A stretch of DNA of 64,000 nt from an uncultured Candidatus Saccharibacteria bacterium (GTDB taxonomy: Bacteria > Patescibacteriota > Minisyncoccia > Phycocordibacterales > JACOZG01). Under the pieces are notes generated by a model that was given only the letters and a program-made list of their open reading frames with translations, did no database searches and was not told the DNA's origin. This document shows positions 1-8,107 of the stretch, in pieces (position 1 is the first letter of the stretch; each line of letters starts with the position of its first letter). The DNA lies in assembly GCA_964648765.1 (NCBI GenBank), contig CAZYLF010000003.1, positions 41,676 to 105,675 of the forward strand. The letters run 5' to 3'. Both the position numbers and the translations under genes were made by a program.

Positions 1-2469
1 CACTTGGAATGGTACTACTGAATCTAACAGCTCGTCATCTTCATCCGTGTCTCCTTGTTTGCTAACCAAAAACCTGGCAATCGAATTTCCACTTTTTGTA
101 CTTCCGACCAATTCAAAATCGTAGCCCGATGCCTGCAATTCATTTATTGCCTTATCTATCTCAACATCAAATTGGATCTGATTCTCAGATTTATCTATAC
201 CGATAATCCGGCCTTTTAGATTGTTATAGATTATTGGCGCAAACCTATCTGTTTCGTTAAAGAGGACGGGATCACCAATCTTGTAAGTTTGTATACCCCA
301 ATGCACAAGGGCATTTTCGTTGCTGCCTTGAAGAAACTTATTCAGATTGTTTATGCCGTACAGGCCGTCGTAATTTAAACAGAGAATTATTTCATCGTCC
401 TCTGGGGACTCAAAAATGGACTCGTTTAAAACGGTGGTATAGCCATTTCTCGTCATGCTTTCAAGAATATTGTCTTCAAGATTTCTAACCCTGTTCCAAA
501 ATTCAATCAGTTCTTTATTAGTAGTCCGATAAGGAACTGTCAGTTCGGATACAGCAGTCTTGGGTACAAAATATCGCGCAACATTAAACCAGTTTCCGAA
601 TATTATTGATTCTATCTGGAATACGTCACCAACTAATATTAAGGATTTGAACTTTGCCTTGTTCAAAACACCAATCATGTCTGTATTACTAACTGTGCTG
701 CACTCATCAATAATAAGAAGATCAAACTCTGTTTCAGTATTTCGATGAGACAGGAACTTAGCAATCGTTTGAAACGTGCTATTGGGTGCGTTTACCTTTC
801 TCTTCAAGTTATCGATAGCAGGATTGGTATTGGCTAAGTAAAGTTTTTGATTATCATTGAAAAAGTTTGATATGTGCTTTATCAATGTTGATTTTCCTGT
901 ACCCGCCGCACCATATATTAATGCCACCTCGGAATCTGCAAACATCTGTCTTAGGATTCTCTCCTTATCTTCGCAGTCAATTTGATATGCAGATAACTTC
1001 AGCCACGAGTCTACGGAATTCGAGTAGTTGTTTATACCATTCGATGATAACTCTTTAAGTTTTTTAATGATGTCTAAAGTATCTTTTTCATACCCGTTTA
1101 TATAAATAAAATCTTTGAAGGTTTCTAGCTTGCGATGTATGTGCTTGTAGTAGAGCTTTCTGTTGTAGGTGGCGATCAGATTTTCAGCCTCTTCCTTTGT
1201 CTTGGATAAGCCTTCTATAGGTGTATATAGTTTTCCCTTACTCTCTGTGTTGTCCTTTATCAATCTCGCAAAAAGTTCATGTTCTCGATCTGCCGCACTA
1301 ATACACTCAAAAACATCTGAGATCTTGGGATTGTGCCCTTTCAGTGAGGAGTTGAAAGGCATCGTATCGAATGGCTTACATCCAAGATTAAGATTCAAAT
1401 CTTCTCGAAGCTTGTATCCGCCATAATAGCTGCGCTGCAGCTTTATAATTCTATTATTTAAAGAGCGCAGTAAATATCTAACTACGTTAGTGCCAACTTC
1501 ATTACCCCTGACCAAGGCTTTGGCTTTCTCTAAAACATTCAAAAAATGTACTACCTGTACACCCTGAGCAATACGATTTTTTGCGCCATCATAGTAATCA
1601 TCTGGGAGATCAATAATTTCGACGAGACTTAGGCTAGTCTCTGTCAAAAAACTCATCAAATTTTTGTATTCCGCACTCTTTGACTGAACATCTATATTCT
1701 CGCCCAAAATGCGAGCAAAGTTGTTAAGTTCGCAGGGTCGAATGGAAACCTCCCATTTATCAATGATGTGAATAGGCATCTTTTTGCCCAAAACCTCAAT
1801 ATCGTCGTGTATTACAGAAAGCTTAACCGCGTAATTATCGGAAATATCTAGCTTGGTAAAAGCGATGACTCTATCAAACTTACTGATTTGTGCACTCGCT
1901 ATTGTAAAAGTGACTTCGTAGTATATTTCGTGCTTAACAAAAAGTGGTTTGATTTTTTGGATATAGTACCGATCTCTATAGGGGCTTACCTTTCTTGCTT
2001 TTGTTGGGTGTTCGATTCTCTCAACTATCTTTTCGTAGTATTCCTGCAAGGCAAGGTCAGTGTTTATCGGGAACTTATCGATATTACTTAAAACGTCTAA
2101 GCCATAGGTATTCTTGAGACGAGATTTAATCCTGATTAAATACTCATAATATTTCAACATTAGACGTTCCGAGTTTTCTTCGCTCTGTGTGTAGTGCGAC
2201 GCGACACCCTGCAAAAAATTATGAAACCTTCTCAGATATCCCAAAGACCCTTTTGGCTGCAATCTATTTGGAGCGTTTATTAAACCATCAGACGTAATCT
2301 CTATATCTTGTCCGTTAGCTTCTTCTTTTAAGGCAATATGCTCGACGAAGTTCCTAAGCTGAGACAGGATATTCTGCGACAAAAGACCTCTTTCTGAGGC
2401 GTGGAATTTATCGATATTTTTACAGATTGCTGTATCGATAGTTAGTATTTCGCTATCCAGTCTATTCAT
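1..2469 (-). CDS. Superfamily-1B (RecD/Pif1-like) helicase with ~500-aa N-terminal domain of unknown function; C-terminus runs off window start (partial)
   Basis: Continuous minus-strand frame from ATG at 2467-2469 down to position 1. It is absent from the ORF track because it has no stop in the window. My translation shows Walker A YGAAGTGKST, Walker B LLIIDECS, motif III LILVGDVFQIESI (GDxxQ) and a RecD-type C-terminal segment IGDPVLFNETDRF...NLKGRIIGID. A TATAAT box lies ~10 nt upstream of the ATG. Confidence 0.6.
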   Translation of the reverse strand, partial: MNRLDSEILTIDTAICKNIDKFHASERGLLSQNILSQLRNFVEHIALKEEANGQDIEITSDGLINAPNRLQPKGSLGYLRRFHNFLQGVASHYTQSEENSERLMLKYYEYLIRIKSRLKNTYGLDVLSNIDKFPINTDLALQEYYEKIVERIEHPTKARKVSPYRDRYYIQKIKPLFVKHEIYYEVTFTIASAQISKFDRVIAFTKLDISDNYAVKLSVIHDDIEVLGKKMPIHIIDKWEVSIRPCELNNFARILGENIDVQSKSAEYKNLMSFLTETSLSLVEIIDLPDDYYDGAKNRIAQGVQVVHFLNVLEKAKALVRGNEVGTNVVRYLLRSLNNRIIKLQRSYYGGYKLREDLNLNLGCKPFDTMPFNSSLKGHNPKISDVFECISAADREHELFARLIKDNTESKGKLYTPIEGLSKTKEEAENLIATYNRKLYYKHIHRKLETFKDFIYINGYEKDTLDIIKKLKELSSNGINNYSNSVDSWLKLSAYQIDCEDKERILRQMFADSEVALIYGAAGTGKSTLIKHISNFFNDNQKLYLANTNPAIDNLKRKVNAPNSTFQTIAKFLSHRNTETEFDLLIIDECSTVSNTDMIGVLNKAKFKSLILVGDVFQIESIIFGNWFNVARYFVPKTAVSELTVPYRTTNKELIEFWNRVRNLEDNILESMTRNGYTTVLNESIFESPEDDEIILCLNYDGLYGINNLNKFLQGSNENALVHWGIQTYKIGDPVLFNETDRFAPIIYNNLKGRIIGIDKSENQIQFDVEIDKAINELQASGYDFELVGSTKSGNSIARFLVSKQGDTDEDDELLDSVVPFQV

Positions 2470-2663
2470 AACTAGAATTATACTGTGAGTAGATTAATTT
2501 GGGCCACTGTCGGGGATACAAAATAAAATCTCTCTACCCCTCTAGATACTTCGATACTTCTCTAGGCTGCTGACCGACTAGGACTAGAATTAAACCCAAA
2601 TTACGCCCAAACTATATACCTAAGATGGGAATTGTCCAATGATTTTGCGAGGAGAGATCGGGT

Positions 2664-3107
2664 CTAAATCCTCCGGCTATCGTAGGCCCAGTGGAGGAGG
2701 GCTTGGCGTTGCACCGGGCGACACAGAGTGTCGCCCGGACGGCAGTTGTGGGCAATTTGGGCCAGGTGGCGGCGCATGTTTTGCCAGCGTTTAATTTGTC
2801 TCTCATCCTCTTTTGGCAAACGTCGGCCGAGATAATAACGGCAATACCACTCAAACCACCCCCGCGGATCCACCTCATTGATCCAACCCTTCTTCTGCCA
2901 CACGGCCAGCGATTGGCTCGCATTAACGCCAAAATAATTTAATTCTTTATGCCGCTTACCATCCGGCGAGAGTTTAGCCTTGCGCCACCAACTCTTAGGA
3001 TACTCAGCAGGCTTATCGCCAAAATATAGCCCACCAAACACGCCGAGCTCAAGCATCTCCTTGGGCGTTAAGTCCGGTTTAAAATCTGGGTGGAATGGCT
3101 TCATCAA
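2664..3107 (-). CDS. Conserved hypothetical small protein (W/Y/R-rich, motif GWFEWYCRYYLGRR); GC-rich gene
   Basis: 147-aa ORF with no overlapping alternative of similar quality. GC content is far above the window average. Confidence 0.35.
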   Translation of the reverse strand: MMKPFHPDFKPDLTPKEMLELGVFGGLYFGDKPAEYPKSWWRKAKLSPDGKRHKELNYFGVNASQSLAVWQKKGWINEVDPRGWFEWYCRYYLGRRLPKEDERQIKRWQNMRRHLAQIAHNCRPGDTLCRPVQRQALLHWAYDSRRI

Positions 3108-3159
3108 TCTGATTCTACAACCTCCTCACCTCTTCGGCGAGTTATGCTAGGATAAAGTT

Positions 3160-4431
3160 ATGAAAAATGAGGGTGGGAAAATAGAGGAAATAGTGTGGGA
3201 TGTGGCCGTGATTGGCGGTGGGCCAGCGGGCATGATGGCGGCCGCGCGCGCGGCGGAACGTGGCGCGCGGGTTGTGTTGCTTGAGAAGAATGAGGGCTTG
3301 GGTAAAAAGCTCTTAATCACCGGTGGTGGGCGTTGCAATGTGACCAATGGCGAACACGACGACCGCAAACTGCTGGAGAAGTTTGGCGAGGCGGGTAAAT
3401 ATCTTTTCTCCACCTTCTCACAATGGAGTGTAGACGAGACTTTAAACTTTTTCTGGAGTCGCGGGATGCAGACTTGGGTGGAGAATGAGTTGCGCATCTT
3501 CCCTCTCTCCAACAAGGCCGAGAGCGTGTGGCAAGTGTTGGTGGATTATCTTAAACAAAATAAAGTTGAAATAATTTCAAAAGCTGAAGTGATTGGGCTA
3601 GAGCAAAAAAATGGTTTAGTAACTGGCGCAATTTTAAAAAATAAAAAGGTGATAAGGGCTAAAAACTTTATCTTAGCCACTGGTGGCAAGTCGCACCCCG
3701 AGACGGGCTCCACTGGCGAAGGCTTCGCTTGGCTGGCCACGCTCGGTCACACCATCATCAATCCCACCGCCTCACTTGTGCCTATTAAGTCGCGCGATGA
3801 GTGGGTCAAAAAGTTGCAAGGCGTCACGCTCAAAGATATTAAAATTACTTTGTATCAAAATGGTGTTAAGCAAACTAAGCCGAAGGTAGGTAAAATCCTC
3901 TTCACTCATTTTGGCGTCAGTGGCCCTACGATCCTAAACCTAAGCTCCGAGGTTGGCGAGCTACTTAAATATGGCGAAGTGATAATTTCTCTCGACCTCT
4001 TCCCTAAACTTAGTCACGAGACAGTGGATGATATGTTGCAAAAGATCCACACCGAGCACAGTGCCAAAATGTTAAAAAATAGTTTAGCTGAATTTATTAT
4101 GCCTGCGCTGGTGAGCGGCGTGCTCGAGATGGCGCAAGTTAACGGCAACGCCTTCGGTCACACGCTCGGGCGTGAGTCTCGACTTGAGGTGGTTAAAACT
4201 CTTAAAGCTCTCCCCATCCGCGTGAGTGGTTTGCTCGGAGAAGATAAGGCCATTGTGACCTCCGGCGGCGTGAAGCTAGATGAAGTTAACTTTAAAACTA
4301 TGAGCTCCCGCCTCATCCCCAATCTCCACCTTGTCGGCGACCTCTTAAACATCAACCGCCCCAGCGGCGGCTTCAGTCTCCAACTCTGCTGGACCACCGG
4401 TTATGTGGCCGGGAATTCCATATTAATTTAG
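3160..4431 (+). CDS. NAD(P)/FAD-dependent oxidoreductase, HI0933/BaiN-like flavoprotein family
   Basis: N-terminal dinucleotide fold DVAVIGGGPAGMMAAARAAERGARVVLLEKN followed by GGGRCNVTN. 423 aa is typical for this family. GC-rich, with an internal AT-rich segment at 3540-3680. Confidence 0.7.
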   Translation: MKNEGGKIEEIVWDVAVIGGGPAGMMAAARAAERGARVVLLEKNEGLGKKLLITGGGRCNVTNGEHDDRKLLEKFGEAGKYLFSTFSQWSVDETLNFFWSRGMQTWVENELRIFPLSNKAESVWQVLVDYLKQNKVEIISKAEVIGLEQKNGLVTGAILKNKKVIRAKNFILATGGKSHPETGSTGEGFAWLATLGHTIINPTASLVPIKSRDEWVKKLQGVTLKDIKITLYQNGVKQTKPKVGKILFTHFGVSGPTILNLSSEVGELLKYGEVIISLDLFPKLSHETVDDMLQKIHTEHSAKMLKNSLAEFIMPALVSGVLEMAQVNGNAFGHTLGRESRLEVVKTLKALPIRVSGLLGEDKAIVTSGGVKLDEVNFKTMSSRLIPNLHLVGDLLNINRPSGGFSLQLCWTTGYVAGNSILI

Positions 4432-4752
4432 AATTACAACTAGGATTTTAATAACAATATAAATAAGTAAAATAAATTCGAGAGCGTGGCGAAGAAAGTG
4501 GAACTTTAGATCATCAGCAACTGTGCCTGAATGCATATATAGTTCAAAATGTTCAGCAAGCCGACCGACAAGCGATAAGACTAAAGCCGCAAACAATGTT
4601 CCTCTAAAAATGAACGGAGTCATAAGCGCGAGACCATCTGCTCCCAGCAGATGAGGCAACACTTTGATCAGCCAATAAAATTCTGAAATAAAAACGTAAG
4701 CCGTAACGACAATTATCGTTACTTTTTTTACTGAATTAGTTGCTCTGCCCAT
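4423..4752 (-). CDS. Hypothetical small membrane protein
   Basis: 109-aa ORF with two or three hydrophobic helices. Only ORF evidence. Confidence 0.3.
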   Translation of the reverse strand: MGRATNSVKKVTIIVVTAYVFISEFYWLIKVLPHLLGADGLALMTPFIFRGTLFAALVLSLVGRLAEHFELYMHSGTVADDLKFHFLRHALEFILLIYIVIKILVVILN

Positions 4753-4793
4753 TTTTATTTATCTTAACATAATTAACAACTTACGAAATAATT

Positions 4794-4830
4794 AAAAAAC
4801 ACCCCGAGATACATAAAGCATCTCGGGGTG
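4794..4830 (-). terminator. Rho-independent terminator downstream of cupin gene
   Basis: Hairpin CACCCCGAGAT...ATCTCGGGGTG followed by a T-run on the minus strand. Confidence 0.55.
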
Positions 4831-4860
4831 GTCTGCGTTTAACTCATCAAGTGACATCTA

Positions 4861-5577
4861 CTAATGATAATGAACGTCATCCATACTGAAGCTTGGTGAA
4901 CACAAGCAGAGCGCCACCAAGTACTGATCGTTGTTGTTGCGGATTGCGTGAGGTGAGCCAGTGCTAATCTCCACCCAATCACCAGCCATCGCCTGTCCGA
5001 TCTCTCCATCAACCTCGATCACGCCCGAACCCTCCACCACATACACAAACTCTGTGGTCCGCTGGTGATAATGCGGTTTTTTGTGCCGGGCTGGATCATT
5101 GATCACCCAACCGAAGGCCAAACTCAAATTGAGGCTGGGGAAGTCGTAGGGGATGATCTTGGCGCCGTCAAAGCACTCAACGACGGCTGGGAGGAGATGT
5201 GGCTCGCTCACTGGTCGCCAGTGACTTTGCTCACCCAACACTTGCACATCGGTAGGGTCAAACGGTGGTAGGGCCAACACCAAATGCTCCAAGCTGGTGG
5301 CACCGGTGTTAAAAAACTGATGCGGCGTCTTGGCGGGGATAGAGATCACAGAACCGGCCTGCACCTGGTAGGACTGACTACCGATCACCAAATTGCCACA
5401 ACCCCGAGTGATGGCATAAACCTCGACCATCCGCTCGTGCTGATGGAGGAGGGAAAAAGCACCGGGATTCATCAGGACGTGGGCTACACTCATAAAGGGA
5501 TCTCGATAAACTTCCCTCAGTAACTGATCGCACACATTGGCCGCTAGCGGCAGGGCGGGGACACTGATTTTCTTCAC
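4861..5577 (-). CDS. Bicupin (two cupin domains) protein
   Basis: Two cupin metal-binding motifs: HQHERMVEVYAITRGCG and HYHQRTTEFVYVVEGSG. GC-rich. Confidence 0.55.
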   Translation of the reverse strand: MKKISVPALPLAANVCDQLLREVYRDPFMSVAHVLMNPGAFSLLHQHERMVEVYAITRGCGNLVIGSQSYQVQAGSVISIPAKTPHQFFNTGATSLEHLVLALPPFDPTDVQVLGEQSHWRPVSEPHLLPAVVECFDGAKIIPYDFPSLNLSLAFGWVINDPARHKKPHYHQRTTEFVYVVEGSGVIEVDGEIGQAMAGDWVEISTGSPHAIRNNNDQYLVALCLCSPSFSMDDVHYH

Positions 5578-5732
5578 TCTTTGCTCCTATGTTAGAGATC
5601 TGATCGTTCCTATTTAGATCCTACCTGATTACCTCACTCTTTACAACTAGGTCCAAAGTCTGTATTTAAATTAAAATCGCCACGCACCGCATGGTGCATG
5701 GCGATTGTGTGACGGTGATTAAGATTTGCGTC

Positions 5733-6254
5733 TCAATCCCCTGTCTTCACTTCTTCCTTTTTCTTCTCACCCTTAAACGCATCCTTGATGATACCTGTTG
5801 CTTTTACTGCGCCGTTGGCCGCACCAGTGAATGCACCTTCAACAATGTTGCCAGTAACCTTACCCGCGTTATCGCGGATCCCTGCGCCAATGCCAGCAAA
5901 ATTGTTGACCTTTCTGTAGGCAATGAGATCATCATTGCTCCCAAATTGACAATCTTTGCCGGCACTCCTGACAGTAAAATTTTCCTTTACAGCGGATACG
6001 GGGTAAAGAACCTTGATCTTTGTGCCCCACGGATCAATGTCAGCAATCGCGTCACCAGCAGCATGGTCGTAACCTGCACCATCTCGCTTGGTCTCCAAGA
6101 TGTCTGCGGTGTGACTTACCAGGGCTCGCGCGGTGGCGTTCTTGGCGCGATCTTCTGCGCCGCTGAACCAGAGAAATAGAGCAACAACACACGCGGCCAT
6201 AAGGGCGACAGCAGTTAAAATAGCACTTGATCCAGAATTACGAGTGTTCGACAT
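5733..6254 (-). CDS. Hypothetical membrane-anchored/exported protein (Gly/Ala-rich ectodomain)
   Basis: Start reassigned to the internal ATG at 6254 (MSNTRNSGSSAILTAVALMAACVVALFLWF). It is preceded by a GGAGG RBS and followed by an N-terminal TM/signal anchor. Confidence 0.4.
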   Translation of the reverse strand: MSNTRNSGSSAILTAVALMAACVVALFLWFSGAEDRAKNATARALVSHTADILETKRDGAGYDHAAGDAIADIDPWGTKIKVLYPVSAVKENFTVRSAGKDCQFGSNDDLIAYRKVNNFAGIGAGIRDNAGKVTGNIVEGAFTGAANGAVKATGIIKDAFKGEKKKEEVKTGD

Positions 6255-6413
6255 TCCAAATCCTCCCAAATTAAGGTCCACACCAGGCCAACATTTGGCC
6301 TTTTTATCAACTTCGACTATAGCATTATTACCTCCAATTGTCAAATACCATATCACCGGCGACCTAGCCACCAGATTAAAAACTGCAATCAACGAGATCG
6401 ATAAGATTTTAGT

Positions 6414-6449
6414 TTAAAAAAACAGCAGGAACGTAGTGGTTCCTGCTGT
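6414..6449 (-). terminator. Rho-independent terminator after Ubl-E1-JAB-E2 operon
   Basis: Hairpin CAGCAGGAAC-gtagtg-GTTCCTGCTG followed by a T-run on the minus strand. Confidence 0.55.
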
Positions 6450-6475
6450 AGTAACATAACAATCAAAACAAAGAG

Positions 6476-6757
6476 CTAATTCCCCCGAATCTTGGCAATA
6501 GCAAGAATTGTGTCACCAGACTCAACAAAGTCATCTAGACTGGCCTCTTGCCCATTACGCTGAAGTTCACATTTGTCGATATTCTTAATTCCGACTTTTG
6601 TGAAAAGTTCACGAATGCTGATCTTTTTTGTTATCGGAACCTCCTTGATCTCTCCAGGAATTTTTCCGATACTAACAATTGCATCTTTCTGAATAATGCG
6701 CACATCAGGCAAACTTTCAACCGGCTCTTCCATAAATTCCTTTATCCTATTGCTCAT
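6476..6757 (-). CDS. ThiS/MoaD-like beta-grasp ubiquitin-like protein, C-terminus ...SGDTILAIAKIRGN (Gly followed by one Asn)
   Basis: 93 aa. The C-terminal region resembles the MoaD/ThiS ending dGDEvaiiPPVsGG. AAGGAG RBS 7 nt upstream of the ATG. It is the last gene of the E2-JAB-E1 operon. Confidence 0.5.
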   Translation of the reverse strand: MSNRIKEFMEEPVESLPDVRIIQKDAIVSIGKIPGEIKEVPITKKISIRELFTKVGIKNIDKCELQRNGQEASLDDFVESGDTILAIAKIRGN

Positions 6758-6783
6758 TTGATTCTCCTTTCAGAATCTGAGGT

Positions 6784-7467
6784 TCAGTAACTTTTACTAA
6801 GAACCATCAAGGGTGACAAAGAAACAATCGCCTCATTTGCAAACTTTTTGTTGTTCACAAAGTTGATCATTGTAAACACTGCCATACCAGCCAAAGTGGC
6901 TACGGTTGGTGCAATTGCCCTTCTCGTACAGGCACTTTCTTCCGCTTCGGCATCAGAATACAGGGTTTTTTCATAAGCTGCAATCTGTTGCGGCATCGCT
7001 GGCTTGATAGCGTAGATTCTCCCCCCTTCAGCTTCCATTCGTGTCTCAATCATCAGGTCAACTTTTAGTTGCAAGCGAATTGAGGATTCCCAAATTGTCT
7101 TCCTACTTTCCATTGTGTCGGTAAGTACGAAAACAATTCCCTTAAGCGATCCCTTGGTAAACTTCTTAGAGACCGTTTTGATCTTGATGCCAGTGCCGGC
7201 TTCAACTGCTTCGGCCAAGGCTTCGACTTTCTTTTTTCCGACATCTCCAAGGCCAAAGACCTGATTTGGCAGATTATGATTCTCTACCTCATCAAAGTCA
7301 TAGACTGTGATGTCTTTACACCCCATCTTGGCCAAGAGCCAAACGATGTAGGAGCCGGTTGCACCGACGCCGATCACCGTGATTGGTTTCTTGAAGTTTG
7401 ACGGAGAAAAGATGTCGAGCTGGCGCCAATAGTCAGGTTCACTTTTTACGGTTTTTCCGCGCGGCAT
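6784..7467 (-). CDS. E1-like ThiF/MoeB-family adenylyltransferase
   Basis: Rossmann motif ITVIGVGATGSYIVWLLAKMG, followed by DFDEVENHNL. A C-terminal ESACTRRAIAPTV segment matches the E1 catalytic-Cys region. Start set at the ATG with an AGGGAGG RBS (7467); the ORF track start at 7548 is further upstream. Confidence 0.7.
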   Translation of the reverse strand: MPRGKTVKSEPDYWRQLDIFSPSNFKKPITVIGVGATGSYIVWLLAKMGCKDITVYDFDEVENHNLPNQVFGLGDVGKKKVEALAEAVEAGTGIKIKTVSKKFTKGSLKGIVFVLTDTMESRKTIWESSIRLQLKVDLMIETRMEAEGGRIYAIKPAMPQQIAAYEKTLYSDAEAEESACTRRAIAPTVATLAGMAVFTMINFVNNKKFANEAIVSLSPLMVLSKSY

Positions 7468-8107
7468 TTTTTCCTCCCTTCTCATAGAATGAGCCAGCTT
7501 TGACCTTGTCCTTAATCTCTTTGGCAATCGCTTTGCGCCGTTTGTCATCTCCGAGATGCATTTGCCAAGGACAATCGGTGATTTTTACATTTTTTGTGTA
7601 ATCAAAAAAATCGAAAACACATTTTCCTTCTCGAGTAAAAATACCACGGATAAAAAATGGATTGTGAGCAAATAGCTCCATCTGGTCATCATCCTGACCT
7701 GAAGGTTCAGTCATGTCCCCAGGATGCAAATGTCCCCAGAAAAGTAGGGAATTAAGAATTTTTTTGTTTGCTGTATCCCTTTGCAACATATCAGTGTAGA
7801 ACTTGCCAATACTTGCTTGATCAAACTCACAATGAGTGCCACTCACTTGCTGATCAAAAAGGAATACCTTTTCGATGAGATAATGGCCGTCATCCAATTT
7901 ATTAACCGTACCGAGCCAACCCACCTCATCGTTACCTGCGGCCTCCATGATGTAGTGCGTATCGGTATACGCCTCAAGTGACAAGAGAATGGTTGGGGTT
8001 ACGACTTCGACCATCGATTGGATTTGCGGTTCTGCCTCGTGAGGGAACAACGGTTTGACTGGTTCCTCCTCAAGTAACATTCCATGGTTTTGACTTGATG
8101 ACCTCAT
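7439..8107 (-). CDS. JAB/MPN (JAMM) metallo-isopeptidase
   Basis: Complete JAMM motif: upstream Glu (HCEFDQ) followed by HLHPGDMTEPSGQD (HxHx7Sx2D). The start ATG overlaps the E2 gene stop (ATGA). Confidence 0.75.
   Translation of the reverse strand: MRSSSQNHGMLLEEEPVKPLFPHEAEPQIQSMVEVVTPTILLSLEAYTDTHYIMEAAGNDEVGWLGTVNKLDDGHYLIEKVFLFDQQVSGTHCEFDQASIGKFYTDMLQRDTANKKILNSLLFWGHLHPGDMTEPSGQDDDQMELFAHNPFFIRGIFTREGKCVFDFFDYTKNVKITDCPWQMHLGDDKRRKAIAKEIKDKVKAGSFYEKGGKNAARKNRKK

Noticed and set aside
2612-3515. ORF-track entries 2612-2932(-), 2691-2942(+), 3147-3515(-), 3546-3740(-), 3683-3889(+), 4158-4397(-)
   Set aside because: These are shadow ORFs in GC-rich DNA that overlap the better-supported genes 2664-3107 and 3160-4431. 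They have no motifs or RBS.
5640-5705. 13-bp imperfect hairpin AATCGCCACGCACC...GGTGCATGGCGATT as a possible sRNA or riboswitch
   Set aside because: Position and form fit an ordinary terminator for the 5733-6254 gene. There is no further conserved structure.
6784-7548. E1/JAB/Ubl as a ThiS-ThiF or CysO-type sulfur-carrier biosynthetic system
   Set aside because: A co-operonic E2-like protein is present, and no thiazole, cysteine or molybdopterin synthase gene sits nearby. The conjugation interpretation is preferred but is retained as an alternative in the finding.
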